Shown here piece by piece: positions 1 to 13,500 of a stretch of DNA of 64,000 bases. This stretch comes from Auanema rhodensis (lineage: Eukaryota; Animalia; Nematoda): positions 3,658,001-3,722,000 of the forward strand of contig OZ059899.1 in NCBI GenBank assembly GCA_964057225.1. Reading direction: 5' to 3'. The notes beneath the pieces are model-generated. The model saw only the letters and a program-made list of their open reading frames with translations. It did no database searches and was not told the DNA's origin. Made by a program: the position numbers and the translations under genes. The number at the start of each line of letters is the position of its first letter. Position 1 is the stretch's first letter.

Positions 1-3000
1 CAAACGATCATAACTAATTTTTGTAATAAGCGTTTCTAAATGTAGTATAATGCATTCGATGCGGATTTTTAAGCTGCGTCGATCTGTGTTATCAGATTTG
101 CGCTAGCTTAAAAATGCACCGAGATATCAACTGATATAAGTTCACACTTATATCCTCGATTTTCACCCTGAAGAATTTTTTTTTTTGTTGAATAACCTTG
201 TCCATCGTCTTTGCCTTGAAAAATGGAATCTAAAAACATCTACTTTTTGCTAAATTATTTTGAAATTTTTCGAAAAAATTTTTGTCAAAATGTTTTTGGA
301 AGCAATGTTGAGTGTACATGGAAACTCAACATACACTAATGCATCATTTTTCAAACGATCATAACTAATTTTTGTATTAAGCGTTTCTCAATGTAGTATA
401 GTGCATTCGATGCGGATTTTCAAGCTGCGTCGATCTGTGTTATCAGATTTGTGCTAGCTTAAAAATGCACCGAGATATCAACTGATATAAGTTCACACAT
501 ATATACCCGATTTTCACCCTGAAGAATTAATTTTTTCGTTGAATAACATTGTCCATCGTCTTTGCCTTGAAAAAAGGAATCTAAAAACATCTACTTTTTG
601 TTAAATTATTTTGAAATTTTTCGAAAAAATTTTTGTCAAAATGTTTTTGGAAGCAATGTTGAGTGTACATGGAAACTCAACATACACTAATGCATCATTT
701 TTCAAACGATCATAACTAATTTTTGTATTAAGCGTTTCTCAATGTAGTATAGTGCATTCGATGCGGATTTTTAAGCTGCGTCGATCTGTGTTATCAGATT
801 TACGCTAGCTTAAAAATGCACCGAGATATCAACTGATATAAGTTCACACTTATATCCTCGATTTTCACCCTGAAGAAATAATTTTTTCGTTGAATAACAT
901 TGTCTATCGTCTTTGCCTTGAAAAATGGAATCTTAAAACATCTACTTTTTGCTAAATTATTTTGAAATTTTTCGAAAAAATTTTTGTCAAAATGTTTTTG
1001 GAAGCAATGTTGAGTGTACATGGAAACTCAACATACACTAATGCATCATTTTTCAAACGATCATAACTAATTTTTGTATCGAGTGTTTCTCAATGTAGTA
1101 TAGTGCATTCGATGCGGATTTTTAAGCTGCGTCGATCTGTGTTATCAGATTTGCGCTAGCTTAAAAATGCACCGAGATATCAACTGATATAAGTTCACAC
1201 TTATATCCTCGATTTTCACCCTGAAGAATTAATTTTTTCGTTGAATAACATTGTCCATCGTCTTTGCCTTGAAAAATGGAATCTAAAAACATCTACTTTT
1301 TGCTAAATTATTTTGAAATTTTTCGAAAAAATTTTTGTCAAAATGTTTTTGGAAGCAATGTTGAGTGTACATGGAAACTCAACATACACTAATGCATCAT
1401 TTTTCAAACGATCATAACTAATTTTTGTATTAAGCGTTTCTCAATGTAGTATAGTGCATTCGATGCGGATTTTCAAGCTGCGTCGATCTGTGTTATCAGA
1501 TTTGCGCTAGCTTAAAAATGCACCGAGATATCAACTGATATAAGTTCACACATATATACCCGATTTTCACCCTGAAGAATTAATTTTTTCGTTGAATAAC
1601 CTTGTCCATCGTCTTTGCCTTGAAAAATGGAATCTAAAAACATCTACTTTTTGCTAAATTATTTTGAAATTTTTCGAAAAAATTTTTGTCAAAATGTTTT
1701 TGGAAGCAATGTTGAGTGTACATGGAAACTCAACATACACTAATGCATCATTTTTCAAACGATCATAACTAATTTTTGTATTAAGCGTTTCTCAATGTAG
1801 TATAGTGCATTCGATGCGGATTTTCAAGCTGCGTCGATCTGTGTTATCAGATTTGCGCTAGCTTAAAAATGCACCGAGATATCAACTGATATAAGTTCAC
1901 ACATATATACCCGATTTTCACCCTGAAGAATTAATTTTTTCGTTGAATAACATTGTCCATCGTCTTTGCCTTGAAAAAAGGAATCTAAAAACATCTACTT
2001 TTTGCTAAATTATTTTGAAATTTTTCGAAAAAATTTTTGTCAAAATGTTTTTGGAAGCAATGTTGAGTGTACATGGAAACTCAACATACATTAATGCATC
2101 ATTTTTCAAACGATCATAACTAATTTTTGTATCAAGTGTTTCTCAATGTAGTATAGTGCATTCGATGCGGATTTTCAAGCTGCGTCGATCTGTGTTATCA
2201 GATTTGCGCTAGCTTGAAAATGCACCGAGATATCAACTGATATAAGTTCACACATATATACCCGATTTTCACCCTGAAGAATTAATTTTTTCGTTGAATA
2301 ACCTTGTCCATCGTCTTTGCCTTGAAAAATGGAATCTAAAAACATCTACTTTTTGCTAAATTATTTTGAAATTTTTCGAAAACATTTTTGTCAAAATGTT
2401 TTTGGAAGCAATGTTGAGTGTACATGGAAACTCAACATACACTAATGCATCATTTTTCAAACGATCATAACTAATTTTTGTATTAAGCGTTTCTCAATGT
2501 AGTATAGTGCATTCGATGCGGATTTTTAAGCTTCGTCGATCTGTGTTATCAGATTTGCGCTAGCTTAAAAATGCACCGAGATATCAACTGATATAAGTTC
2601 ACACTTATATCCTCGATTTTCACCCTGAAGAATTAATTTTTTCGTTGAATAACATTGTCCATCGTCTTTGCCTTGAAAAATGGAATCTAAAAACATCTAC
2701 GTTTTGCTAAATTATTTTGAAATTTTTCGAAAAAATTTTTGTCAAAATGTTTTTGGAAGCAATGTTGAGTGTACATGGAAACTCAACATACACTAATGCA
2801 TCATTTTTCAAACGATCATAACTAATTTTTGTAATAAGCGTTTCTAAATGTAGTATAATGCATTCGATGCGGATTTTTAAGCTGCGTCGATCTGTGTTAT
2901 CAGATTTGCGCTAGCTTAAAAATGCACCGAGATATCAACTGATATAAGTTCACACTTATATCCTCGATTTTCACCCTGAAGAATTTTTTTTTTTGTTGAA

Positions 3001-4914
3001 TAACCTTGTCCATCGTCTTTGCCTTGAAAAATGGAATCTAAAAACATCTACTTTTTGCTAAATTATTTTGAAATTTTTCGAAAAAATTTTTGTCAAAATG
3101 TTTTTGGAAGCAATGTTGAGTGTACATGGAAACTCAACATACACTAATGCATCATTTTTCAAACGATCATAACTAATTTTTGTATTAAGCGTTTCTCAAT
3201 GTAGTATAGTGCATTCGATGCGGATTTTCAAGCTGCGTCGATCTGTGTTATCAGATTTGTGCTAGCTTAAAAATGCACCGAGATATCAACTGATATAAGT
3301 TCACACATATATACCCGATTTTCACCCTGAAGAATTAATTTTTTCGTTGAATAACATTGTCCATCGTCTTTGCCTTGAAAAAAGGAATCTAAAAACATCT
3401 ACTTTTTGTTAAATTATTTTGAAATTTTTCGAAAAAATTTTTGTCAAAATGTTTTTGGAAGCAATGTTGAGTGTACATGGAAACTCAACATACACTAATG
3501 CATCATTTTTCAAACGATCATAACTAATTTTTGTATTAAGCGTTTCTCAATGTAGTATAGTGCATTCGATGCGGATTTTTAAGCTGCGTCGATCTGTGTT
3601 ATCAGATTTACGCTAGCTTAAAAATGCACCGAGATATCAACTGATATAAGTTCACACTTATATCCTCGATTTTCACCCTGAAGAAATAATTTTTTCGTTG
3701 AATAACATTGTCTATCGTCTTTGCCTTGAAAAATGGAATCTTAAAACATCTACTTTTTGCTAAATTATTTTGAAATTTTTCGAAAAAATTTTTGTCAAAA
3801 TGTTTTTGGAAGCAATGTTGAGTGTACATGGAAACTCAACATACACTAATGCATCATTTTTCAAACGATCATAACTAATTTTTGTATCGAGTGTTTCTCA
3901 ATGTAGTATAGTGCATTCGATGCGGATTTTTAAGCTGCGTCGATCTGTGTTATCAGATTTGCGCTAGCTTAAAAATGCACCGAGATATCAACTGATATAA
4001 GTTCACACTTATATCCTCGATTTTCACCCTGAAGAATTAATTTTTTCGTTGAATAACATTGTCCATCGTCTTTGCCTTGAAAAATGGAATCTAAAAACAT
4101 CTACTTTTTGCTAAATTATTTTGAAATTTTTCGAAAAAATTTTTGTCAAAATGTTTTTGGAAGCAATGTTGAGTGTACATGGAAACTCAACATACACTAA
4201 TGCATCATTTTTCAAACGATCATAACTAATTTTTGTATTAAGCGTTTCTCAATGTAGTATAGTGCATTCGATGCGGATTTTCAAGCTGCGTCGATCTGTG
4301 TTATCAGATTTGCGCTAGCTTAAAAATGCACCGAGATATCAACTGATATAAGTTCACACATATATACCCGATTTTCACCCTGAAGAATTAATTTTTTCGT
4401 TGAATAACCTTGTCCATCGTCTTTGCCTTGAAAAATGGAATCTAAAAACATCTACTTTTTGCTAAATTATTTTGAAATTTTTCGAAAAAATTTTTGTCAA
4501 AATGTTTTTGGAAGCAATGTTGAGTGTACATGGAAACTCAACATACACTAATGCATCATTTTTCAAACGATCATAACTAATTTTTGTATTAAGCGTTTCT
4601 CAATGTAGTATAGTGCATTCGATGCGGATTTTCAAGCTGCGTCGATCTGTGTTATCAGATTTGCGCTAGCTTAAAAATGCACCGAGATATCAACTGATAT
4701 AAGTTCACACATATATACCCGATTTTCACCCTGAAGAATTAATTTTTTCGTTGAATAACATTGTCCATCGTCTTTGCCTTGAAAAAAGGAATCTAAAAAC
4801 ATCTACTTTTTGCTAAATTATTTTGAAATTTTTCGAAAAAATTTTTGTCAAAATGTTTTTGGAAGCAATGTTGAGTGTACATGGAAACTCAACATACATT
4901 AATGCATCATTTTT
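1..4914 (+). repeat. 8-monomer higher-order repeat (2808 bp), 1.75 copies
   Basis: Diagnostic variants (long poly-T GAATTTTTTTTTTTGTTG, TTTGTGCTAG, TTTACGCTAG+TGTCTATC, GTATCGAGTG, CATACATT) recur in the same order at +2808. The identical ORFs at 800 and 3608 confirm the offset. Confidence 0.93.
305..332. other. Perfect 9-bp inverted repeat with 10-nt spacer in each monomer (first copy shown)
   Basis: ATGTTGAGT-gtacatggaa-ACTCAACAT; the arms are exact reverse complements. Confidence 0.9.
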
Positions 4915-7583
4915 CAAACGATCATAACTAATTTTTGTATTACGCGTTTCTCAATGTAGTATAGTGCATTCGATGCGGATTTTCAAGCTGCGTCGATCTG
5001 TGTTATCAGATTTGCGCTAGCTTAAAAATGCACCGAGATATCAACTGATATAAGTTCACACATATATACCCGATTTTCACCCTGAAGAATTAATTTTTTC
5101 GTTGAATAACCTTGTCCATCGTCTTTGCCTTGAAAAATGGAATCTAAAAACATCTACTTTTTGCTAAATTATTTTGAAATTTTTCGAAAAAATTTTTGTC
5201 AAAATGTTTTTGGAAGCAATGTTGAGTGTACATGGAAACTCAACATACACTAATGCATCATTTTTCAAACGATCATAACTAATTTTTGTATTAAGCGTTT
5301 CTCAATGTAGTATAGTGCATTCGATGCGGATTTTCAAGCTGCGTCGATCTGTGTTATCAGATTTGCGCTAGCTTAAAAATGCACCGAGATATCAACTGAT
5401 ATAAGTTCACACATATATACCCGATTTTCACCCTGAAGAATTAATTTTTTCGTTGAATAACATTGTCCATCGTCTTTGCCTTGAAAAAAGGAATCTAAAA
5501 ACATCTACTTTTTGCTAAATTATTTTGAAATTTTTCGAAAAAATTTTTGTCAAAATGTTTTTGGAAGCAATGTTGAGTGTACATGGAAACTCAACATACA
5601 TTAATGCATCATTTTTCAAACGATCATAACTAATTTTTGTATTACGCGTTTCTCAATGTAGTATAGTGCATTCGATGCGGATTTTCAAGCTGCGTCGATC
5701 TGTGTTATCAGATTTGCGCTAGCTTAAAAATGCACCGAGATATCAACTGATATAAGTTCACACATATATACCCGATTTTCACCCTGAAGAATTAATTTTT
5801 TCGTTGAATAACCTTGTCCATCGTCTTTGCCTTGAAAAATGGAATCTAAAAACATCTACTTTTTGCTAAATTATTTTGAAATTTTTCGAAAACATTTTTG
5901 TCAAAATGTTTTTGGAAGCAATGTTGAGTGTACATGGAAACTCAACATACACTAATGCATCATTTTTCAAACGATCATAACTAATTTTTGTATTAAGCGT
6001 TTCTCAATGTAGTATAGTGCATTCGATGCGGATTTTCAAGCTTCGTCGATCTGTGTTATCAGATTTGCGCTAGCTTAAAAATGCACCGAGATATCAACTG
6101 ATATAAGTTCACACATATATACCCGATTTTCACCCTGAAGAATTAATTTTTTCGTTGAATAACCTTGTCCATCGTCTTTGCCTTGAAAAATGGAATCTAA
6201 AAACATCTACTTTTTGCTAAATTATTTTGAAATTTTTCGAAAAAATTTTTGTCAAAATGTTTTTGGAAGCAATGTTGAGTGTACATGGAAACTCAACATA
6301 CATTAATGCATCATTTTTCAAACGATCATAACTAATTTTTGTATCAAGTGTTTCTCAATGTAGTATAGTGCATTCGATGCGGATTTTCAAGCTGCGTCGA
6401 TCTGTGTTATCAGATTTGCGCTAGCTTGAAAATGCACCGAGATATCAACTGATATAAGTTCACACATATATACCCGATTTTCACCCTGAAGAATTAATTT
6501 TTTCGTTGAATAACCTTGTCCATCGTCTTTGCCTTGAAAAATGGAATCTAAAAACATCTACTTTTTGCTAAATTATTTTGAAATTTTTCGAAAACATTTT
6601 TGTCAAAATGTTTTTGGAAGCAATGTTGAGTGTACATGGAAACTCAACATACACTAATGCATCATTTTTCAAACGATCATAACTAATTTTTGTATTAAGC
6701 GTTTCTCAATGTAGTATAGTGCATTCGATGCGGATTTTCAAGCTGCGTCGATCTGTGTTATCAGATTTGCGCTAGCTTAAAAATGCACCGAGATATCAAC
6801 TGATATAAGTTCACACATATATACCCGATTTTCACCCTGAAGAATTAATTTTTTCGTTGAATAACCTTGTCCATCGTCTTTGCCTTGAAAAATGGAATCT
6901 AAAAACATCTACTTTTTGCTAAATTATTTTGAAATTTTTCGAAAAAATTTTTGTCAAAATGTTTTTGGAAGCAATGTTGAGTGTACATGGAAACTCAACA
7001 TACACTAATGCATTATTTTTCAAACGATCATAACTAATTTTTGTATTAAGCGTTTCTCAATGTAGTATAGTGCATTCGATGCGGATTTTCAAGCTGCGTC
7101 GATCTGTGTTATCAGATTTGCGCTAGCTTAAAAATGCACCGAGATATCAACTGATATAAGTTCACACATATATACCCGATTTTCACCCTGAAGAATTAAT
7201 TTTTTCGTTGAATAACCTTGTCCATCGTCTTTGCCTTGAAAAATGGAATCTAAAAACATCTACTTTTTGCTAAATTATTTTGAAATTTTTCGAAAAAATT
7301 TTTGTCAAAATGTTTTTGGAAGCAATGTTGAGTGTACATGGAAACTCAACATACACTAATGCATCATTTTTCAAACGATCATAACTAATTTTTGTATCAA
7401 GTGTTTCTCAATGTAGTATAGTGCATTCGATGCGGATTTTTAAGCTGCGTCGATCTGTGTTATCAGATTTGCGCTAGCTTAAAAATGCACCGAGATATCA
7501 ACTGATATAAGTTCACACATATATACCCGATTTTCACCCTGAAGAATTAATTTTTTCGTTGAATAACCTTGTCCATCGTCTTT

Positions 7584-10500
7584 GCAGCTTGAAAATCCGC
7601 ATCGAATGCACTATACTACATTGAGAAACGCTTAATACAAAAATTAGTTATGATCGTTTGAAAAATGATGCATTAGTGTATGTTGAGTTTCCATGTACAC
7701 TCAACATTGCTTCCAAAAACATTTTGACAAAAATTTTTTCGAAAAATTTCAAAATAATTTAGCGAAAAGTAGATGTTTTTAGATTCCATTTTTCAAGGCA
7801 AAGACGATGGACAAGGTTATTCAACGAAAAAATTAATTCTTCAGGGTGAAAATCGGGTATATATGTGTGAACTTATATCAGTTGATATCTCGGTGCATTT
7901 TTAAGCTAGCGCAAATCTGATAACACAGATCGACGCAGCTTGAAAATCCGCATCGAATGCACTATACTACATTGAGAAACGCTTAATACAAAAATTAGTT
8001 ATGATCGTTTGAAAAATGATGCATTAGTGTATGTTGAGTTTCCATGTACACTCAACATTGCTTCCAAAAACATTTTGACAAAAATTTTTTCGAAAAATTT
8101 CAAGATAATTTAGCAAAAAGTAGATGTTTTTAGTTTCCATTTTTCAAGGCAAAGACGATGGACAAGGTTATTCAACGAAAAAATTAATTCTTCAGGGTGA
8201 AAATCGGGTATATATGTGTGAACTTATATCAGTTGATATCTCGGTGCATTTTTAAGCTAGCGCAAATCTGATAACACAGATCGACGCAGCTTAAAAATCC
8301 GCATCGAATGCACTATACTACATTGAGAAACGCTTAATACAAAAATTAGTTATGATCGTTTGAAAAATGATGCATTAGTGTATGTTGAGTTTCCATGTAC
8401 ACTCAACATTGCTTCCAAAAACATTTTGACAAAAATGTTTTCGAAAAATTTCAAAATAATTTAGCGAAAAGTAGATGTTTTTAGATTCCATTTTTCAAGG
8501 CAAAGACGATGGACAAGGTTATTCAACGAAAAAATTAATTCTTCAGGGTGAAAATCGGGTATATATGTGTGAACTTATATCAGTTGATATCTCGGTGCAT
8601 TTTTAAGCTAGCGCAAATCTGATAACACAGATCGACGCAGCTTGAAAATCCGCATCGAATGCACTATACTACATTGAGAAACGCGTAATACAAAAATTAG
8701 TTATGATCGTTTGAAAAATGATGCATTAATGTATGTTGAGTTTCCATGTACACTCAACATTGCTTCCAAAAACATTTTGACAAAAATTTTTTCGAAAAAT
8801 TTCAAAATAATTTAGCAAAAAGTAGATGTTTTTAGATTCCTTTTTTCAAGGCAAAGACGATGGACAATGTTATTCAACGAAAAAATTAATTCTTCAGGGT
8901 GAAAATCGGGTATATATGTGTGAACTTATATCAGTTAATATCTCGGTGCATTTTTAAGCTAGCGCAAATCTGATAACACAGATCGACGCAGCTTGAAAAT
9001 CCGCATCGAATGCACTATACTACATTGAGAAACGCTTAATACAAAAATTAGTTATGATCGTTTGAAAAATGATGCATTAGTGTATGTTGAGTTTCCATGT
9101 ACACTCAACATTGCTTCCAAAAACATTTTGACAAAAATTTTTTCGAAAAATTTCAAAATAATTTAGCAAAAAGTAGATGTTTTTAGATTCCATTTTTCAA
9201 GGCAAAGACGATGGACAAGGTTATTCAACGAAAAAATTAATTCTTCAGGGTGAAAATCGGGTATATATGTGTGAACTTATATCAGTTGATATCTCGGTGC
9301 ATTTTTAAGCTAGCGCAAATCTGATAACACAGATCGACGCAGCTTGAAAATCCGCATCGAATGCACTATACTACATTGAGAAACGCTTAATACAAAAATT
9401 AGTTATGATCGTTTGAAAAATGATGCATTAGTGTATGTTGAGTTTCCATGTACACTCAACATTGCTTCCAAAAACATTTTGACAAAAATTTTTTCGAAAA
9501 ATTTCAAAATAATTTAGCAAAAAGTAGATGTTTTTAGATTCCATTTTTCAAGGCAAAGACGATGGACAATGTTATTCAACGAAAAAATTAATTCTTCAGG
9601 GTGAAAATCGAGGATATAAGTGTGAACTTATATCAGTTGATATCTCGGTGCATTTTTAAGCTAGCGCAAATCTGATAACACAGATCGACGCAGCTTAAAA
9701 ATCCGCATCGAATGCACTATACTACATTGAGAAACACTCGATACAAAAATTAGTTATGATCGTTTGAAAAATGATGCATTAGTGTATGTTGAGTTTCCAT
9801 GTACACTCAACATTGCTTCCAAAAACATTTTGACAAAAATTTTTTCGAAAAATTTCAAAATAATTTAGCAAAAAGTAGATGTTTTAAGATTCCATTTTTC
9901 AAGGCAAAGACGATAGACAATGTTATTCAACGAAAAAATTATTTCTTCAGGGTGAAAATCGAGGATATAAGTGTGAACTTATATCAGTTGATATCTCGGT
10001 GCATTTTTAAGCTAGCGTAAATCTGATAACACAGATCGACGCAGCTTAAAAATCCGCATCGAATGCACTATACTACATTGAGAAACGCTTAATACAAAAA
10101 TTAGTTATGATCGTTTGAAAAATGATGCATTAGTGTATGTTGAGTTTCCATGTACACTCAACATTGCTTCCAAAAACATTTTGACAAAAATTTTTTCGAA
10201 AAATTTCAAAATAATTTAACAAAAAGTAGATGTTTTTAGATTCCTTTTTTCAAGGCAAAGACGATGGACAATGTTATTCAACGAAAAAATTAATTCTTCA
10301 GGGTGAAAATCGGGTATATATGTGTGAACTTATATCAGTTGATATCTCGGTGCATTTTTAAGCTAGCACAAATCTGATAACAAAGATCGACGCAGCTTGA
10401 AAATCCGCATCGAATGCACTATACTACATTGAGAAACGCTTAATACAAAAATTAGTTATGATCGTTTGAAAAATGATGCATTAGTGTATGTTGAGTTTCC

Positions 10501-13500
10501 ATGTACACTCAACATTGCTTCCAAAAACATTTTGACAAAAATTTTTTCGAAAAATTTCAAAATAATTTAGCAAAAAGTAGATGTTTTTAGATTCCATTTT
10601 TCAAGGCAAAGACGATGGACAAGGTTATTCAACAAAAAAAAAAATTCTTCAGGGTGAAAATCGAGGATATAAGTGTGAACTTATATCAGTTGATATCTCG
10701 GTGCATTTTTAAGCTAGCGCAAATCTGATAACACAGATCGACGCAGCTTAAAAATCCGCATCGAATGCATTATACTACATTTAGAAACGCTTATTACAAA
10801 AATTAGTTATGATCGTTTGAAAAATGATGCATTAGTGTATGTTGAGTTTCCATGTACACTCAACATTGCTTCCAAAAACATTTTGACAAAAATTTTTTCG
10901 AAAAATTTCAAAATAATTTAGCAAAACGTAGATGTTTTTAGATTCCATTTTTCAAGGCAAAGACGATGGACAATGTTATTCAACGAAAAAATTAATTCTT
11001 CAGGGTGAAAATCGAGGATATAAGTGTGAACTTATATCAGTTGATATCTCGGTGCATTTTTAAGCTAGCGCAAATCTGATAACACAGATCGACGAAGCTT
11101 AAAAATCCGCATCGAATGCACTATACTACATTGAGAAACGCTTAATACAAAAATTAGTTATGATCGTTTGAAAAATGATGCATTAGTGTATGTTGAGTTT
11201 CCATGTACACTCAACATTGCTTCCAAAAACATTTTGACAAAAATTTTTTCGAAAAATTTCAAAATAATTTAGCAAAACGTAGATGTTTTTAGATTCCATT
11301 TTTCAAGGCAAAGACGATGGACAATGTTATTCAACGAAAAAATTAATTCTTCAGGGTGAAAATCGGGTATATATGTGTGAACTTATATCAGTTGATATCT
11401 CGGTGCATTTTTAAGCTAGCGCAAATCTGATAACACAGATCGACGCAGCTTGAAAATCCGCATCGAATGCACTATACTACATTGAGAAACGCTTAATACA
11501 AAAATTAGTTATGATCGTTTGAAAAATGATGCATTAGTGTATGTTGAGTTTCCATGTACACTCAACATTGCTTCCAAAAACATTTTGACAAAAATTTTTT
11601 CGAAAAATTTCAAAATAATTTAGCAAAAAGTAGATGTTTTTAGATTCCATTTTTCAAGGCAAAGACGATGGACAAGGTTATTCAACAAAAAAAAAAATTC
11701 TTCAGGGTGAAAATCGAGGATATAAGTGTGAACTTATATCAGTTGATATCTCGGTGCATTTTTAAGCTAGCGCAAATCTGATAACACAGATCGACGCAGC
11801 TTAAAAATCCGCATCGAATGCATTATACTACATTTAGAAACGCTTATTACAAAAATTAGTTATGATCGTTTGAAAAATGATGCATTAGTGTATGTTGAGT
11901 TTCCATGTACACTCAACATTGCTTCCAAAAACATTTTGACAAAAATTTTTTCGAAAAATTTCAAAATAATTTAGCAAAACGTAGATGTTTTTAGATTCCA
12001 TTTTTCAAGGCAAAGACGATGGACAATGTTATTCAACGAAAAAATTAATTCTTCAGGGTGAAAATCGAGGATATAAGTGTGAACTTATATCAGTTGATAT
12101 CTCGGTGCATTTTTAAGCTAGCGCAAATCTGATAACACAGATCGACGAAGCTTAAAAATCCGCATCGAATGCACTATACTACATTGAGAAACGCTTAATA
12201 CAAAAATTAGTTATGATCGTTTGAAAAATGATGCATTAGTGTATGTTGAGTTTCCATGTACACTCAACATTGCTTCCAAAAACATTTTGACAAAAATTTT
12301 TTCGAAAAATTTCAAAATAATTTAGCAAAAAGTAGATGTTTTAAGATTCCATTTTTCAAGGCAAAGACGATAGACAATGTTATTCAACGAAAAAATTATT
12401 TCTTCAGGGTGAAAATCGGGTATATATGTGTGAACTTATATCAGTTGATATCTCGGTGCATTTTTAAGCTAGCGCAAATCTGATAACACAGATCGACGCA
12501 GCTTAAAAATCCGCATCGAATGCACTATACTACATTGAGAAACGCTTAATACAAAAATTAGTTATGATCGTTTGAAAAATGATGCATTAGTGTATGTTGA
12601 GTTTCCATGTACACTCAACATTGCTTCCAAAAACATTTTGACAAAAATTTTTTCGAAAAATTTCAAAATAATTTAACAAAAAGTAGATGTTTTTAGATTC
12701 CTTTTTTCAAGGCAAAGACGATGGACAATGTTATTCAACGAAAAAATTAATTCTTCAGGGTGAAAATCGGGTATATATGTGTGAACTTATATCAGTTGAT
12801 ATCTCGGTGCATTTTTAAGCTAGCACAAATCTGATAACACAGATCGACGCAGCTTGAAAATCCGCATCGAATGCACTATACTACATTGAGAAACGCTTAA
12901 TACAAAAATTAGTTATGATCGTTTGAAAAATGATGCATTAGTGTATGTTGAGTTTCCATGTACACTCAACATTGCTTCCAAAAACATTTTGACAAAAATT
13001 TTTTCGAAAAATTTCAAAATAATTTAGCAAAAAGTAGATGTTTTTAGATTCCATTTTTCAAGGCAAAGACGATGGACAAGGTTATTCAACAAAAAAAAAA
13101 ATTCTTCAGGGTGAAAATCGAGGATATAAGTGTGAACTTATATCAGTTGATATCTCGGTGCATTTTTAAGCTAGCGCAAATCTGATAACACAGATCGACG
13201 CAGCTTAAAAATCCGCATCGAATGCATTATACTACATTTAGAAACGCTTATTACAAAAATTAGTTATGATCGTTTGAAAAATGATGCATTAGTGTATGTT
13301 GAGTTTCCATGTACACTCAACATTGCTTCCAAAAACATTTTGACAAAAATTTTTTCGAAAAATTTCAAAATAATTTAGCAAAACGTAGATGTTTTTAGAT
13401 TCCATTTTTCAAGGCAAAGACGATGGACAATGTTATTCAACGAAAAAATTAATTCTTCAGGGTGAAAATCGAGGATATAAGTGTGAACTTATATCAGTTG

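Larger units (their letters stand above)
1..7585 (+). repeat. Forward satellite block I (21 full monomers + positions 1-214 of a 22nd)
   Basis: Exact 351-bp phase from 1 to 7372. The forward sequence ends at ...CCATCGTCTTTGC (7585). Confidence 0.97.

Noticed and set aside
1-351. Monomer as an ancient dimer of ~175-bp subunits
   Set aside because: Only short AT-rich similarities were visible between the halves, with no convincing alignment by eye.
1-351. Assignment to a named ~350-360-bp satellite (Drosophila 1.688, Tribolium TCAST)
   Set aside because: Length and AT content are similar, but I do not recognise sequence identity. A database search is needed.
7205-7220. CENP-B-box-like TTCGTTGAA
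   Set aside because: It matches only the TTCGNNNNA half. The essential CGGG is absent.
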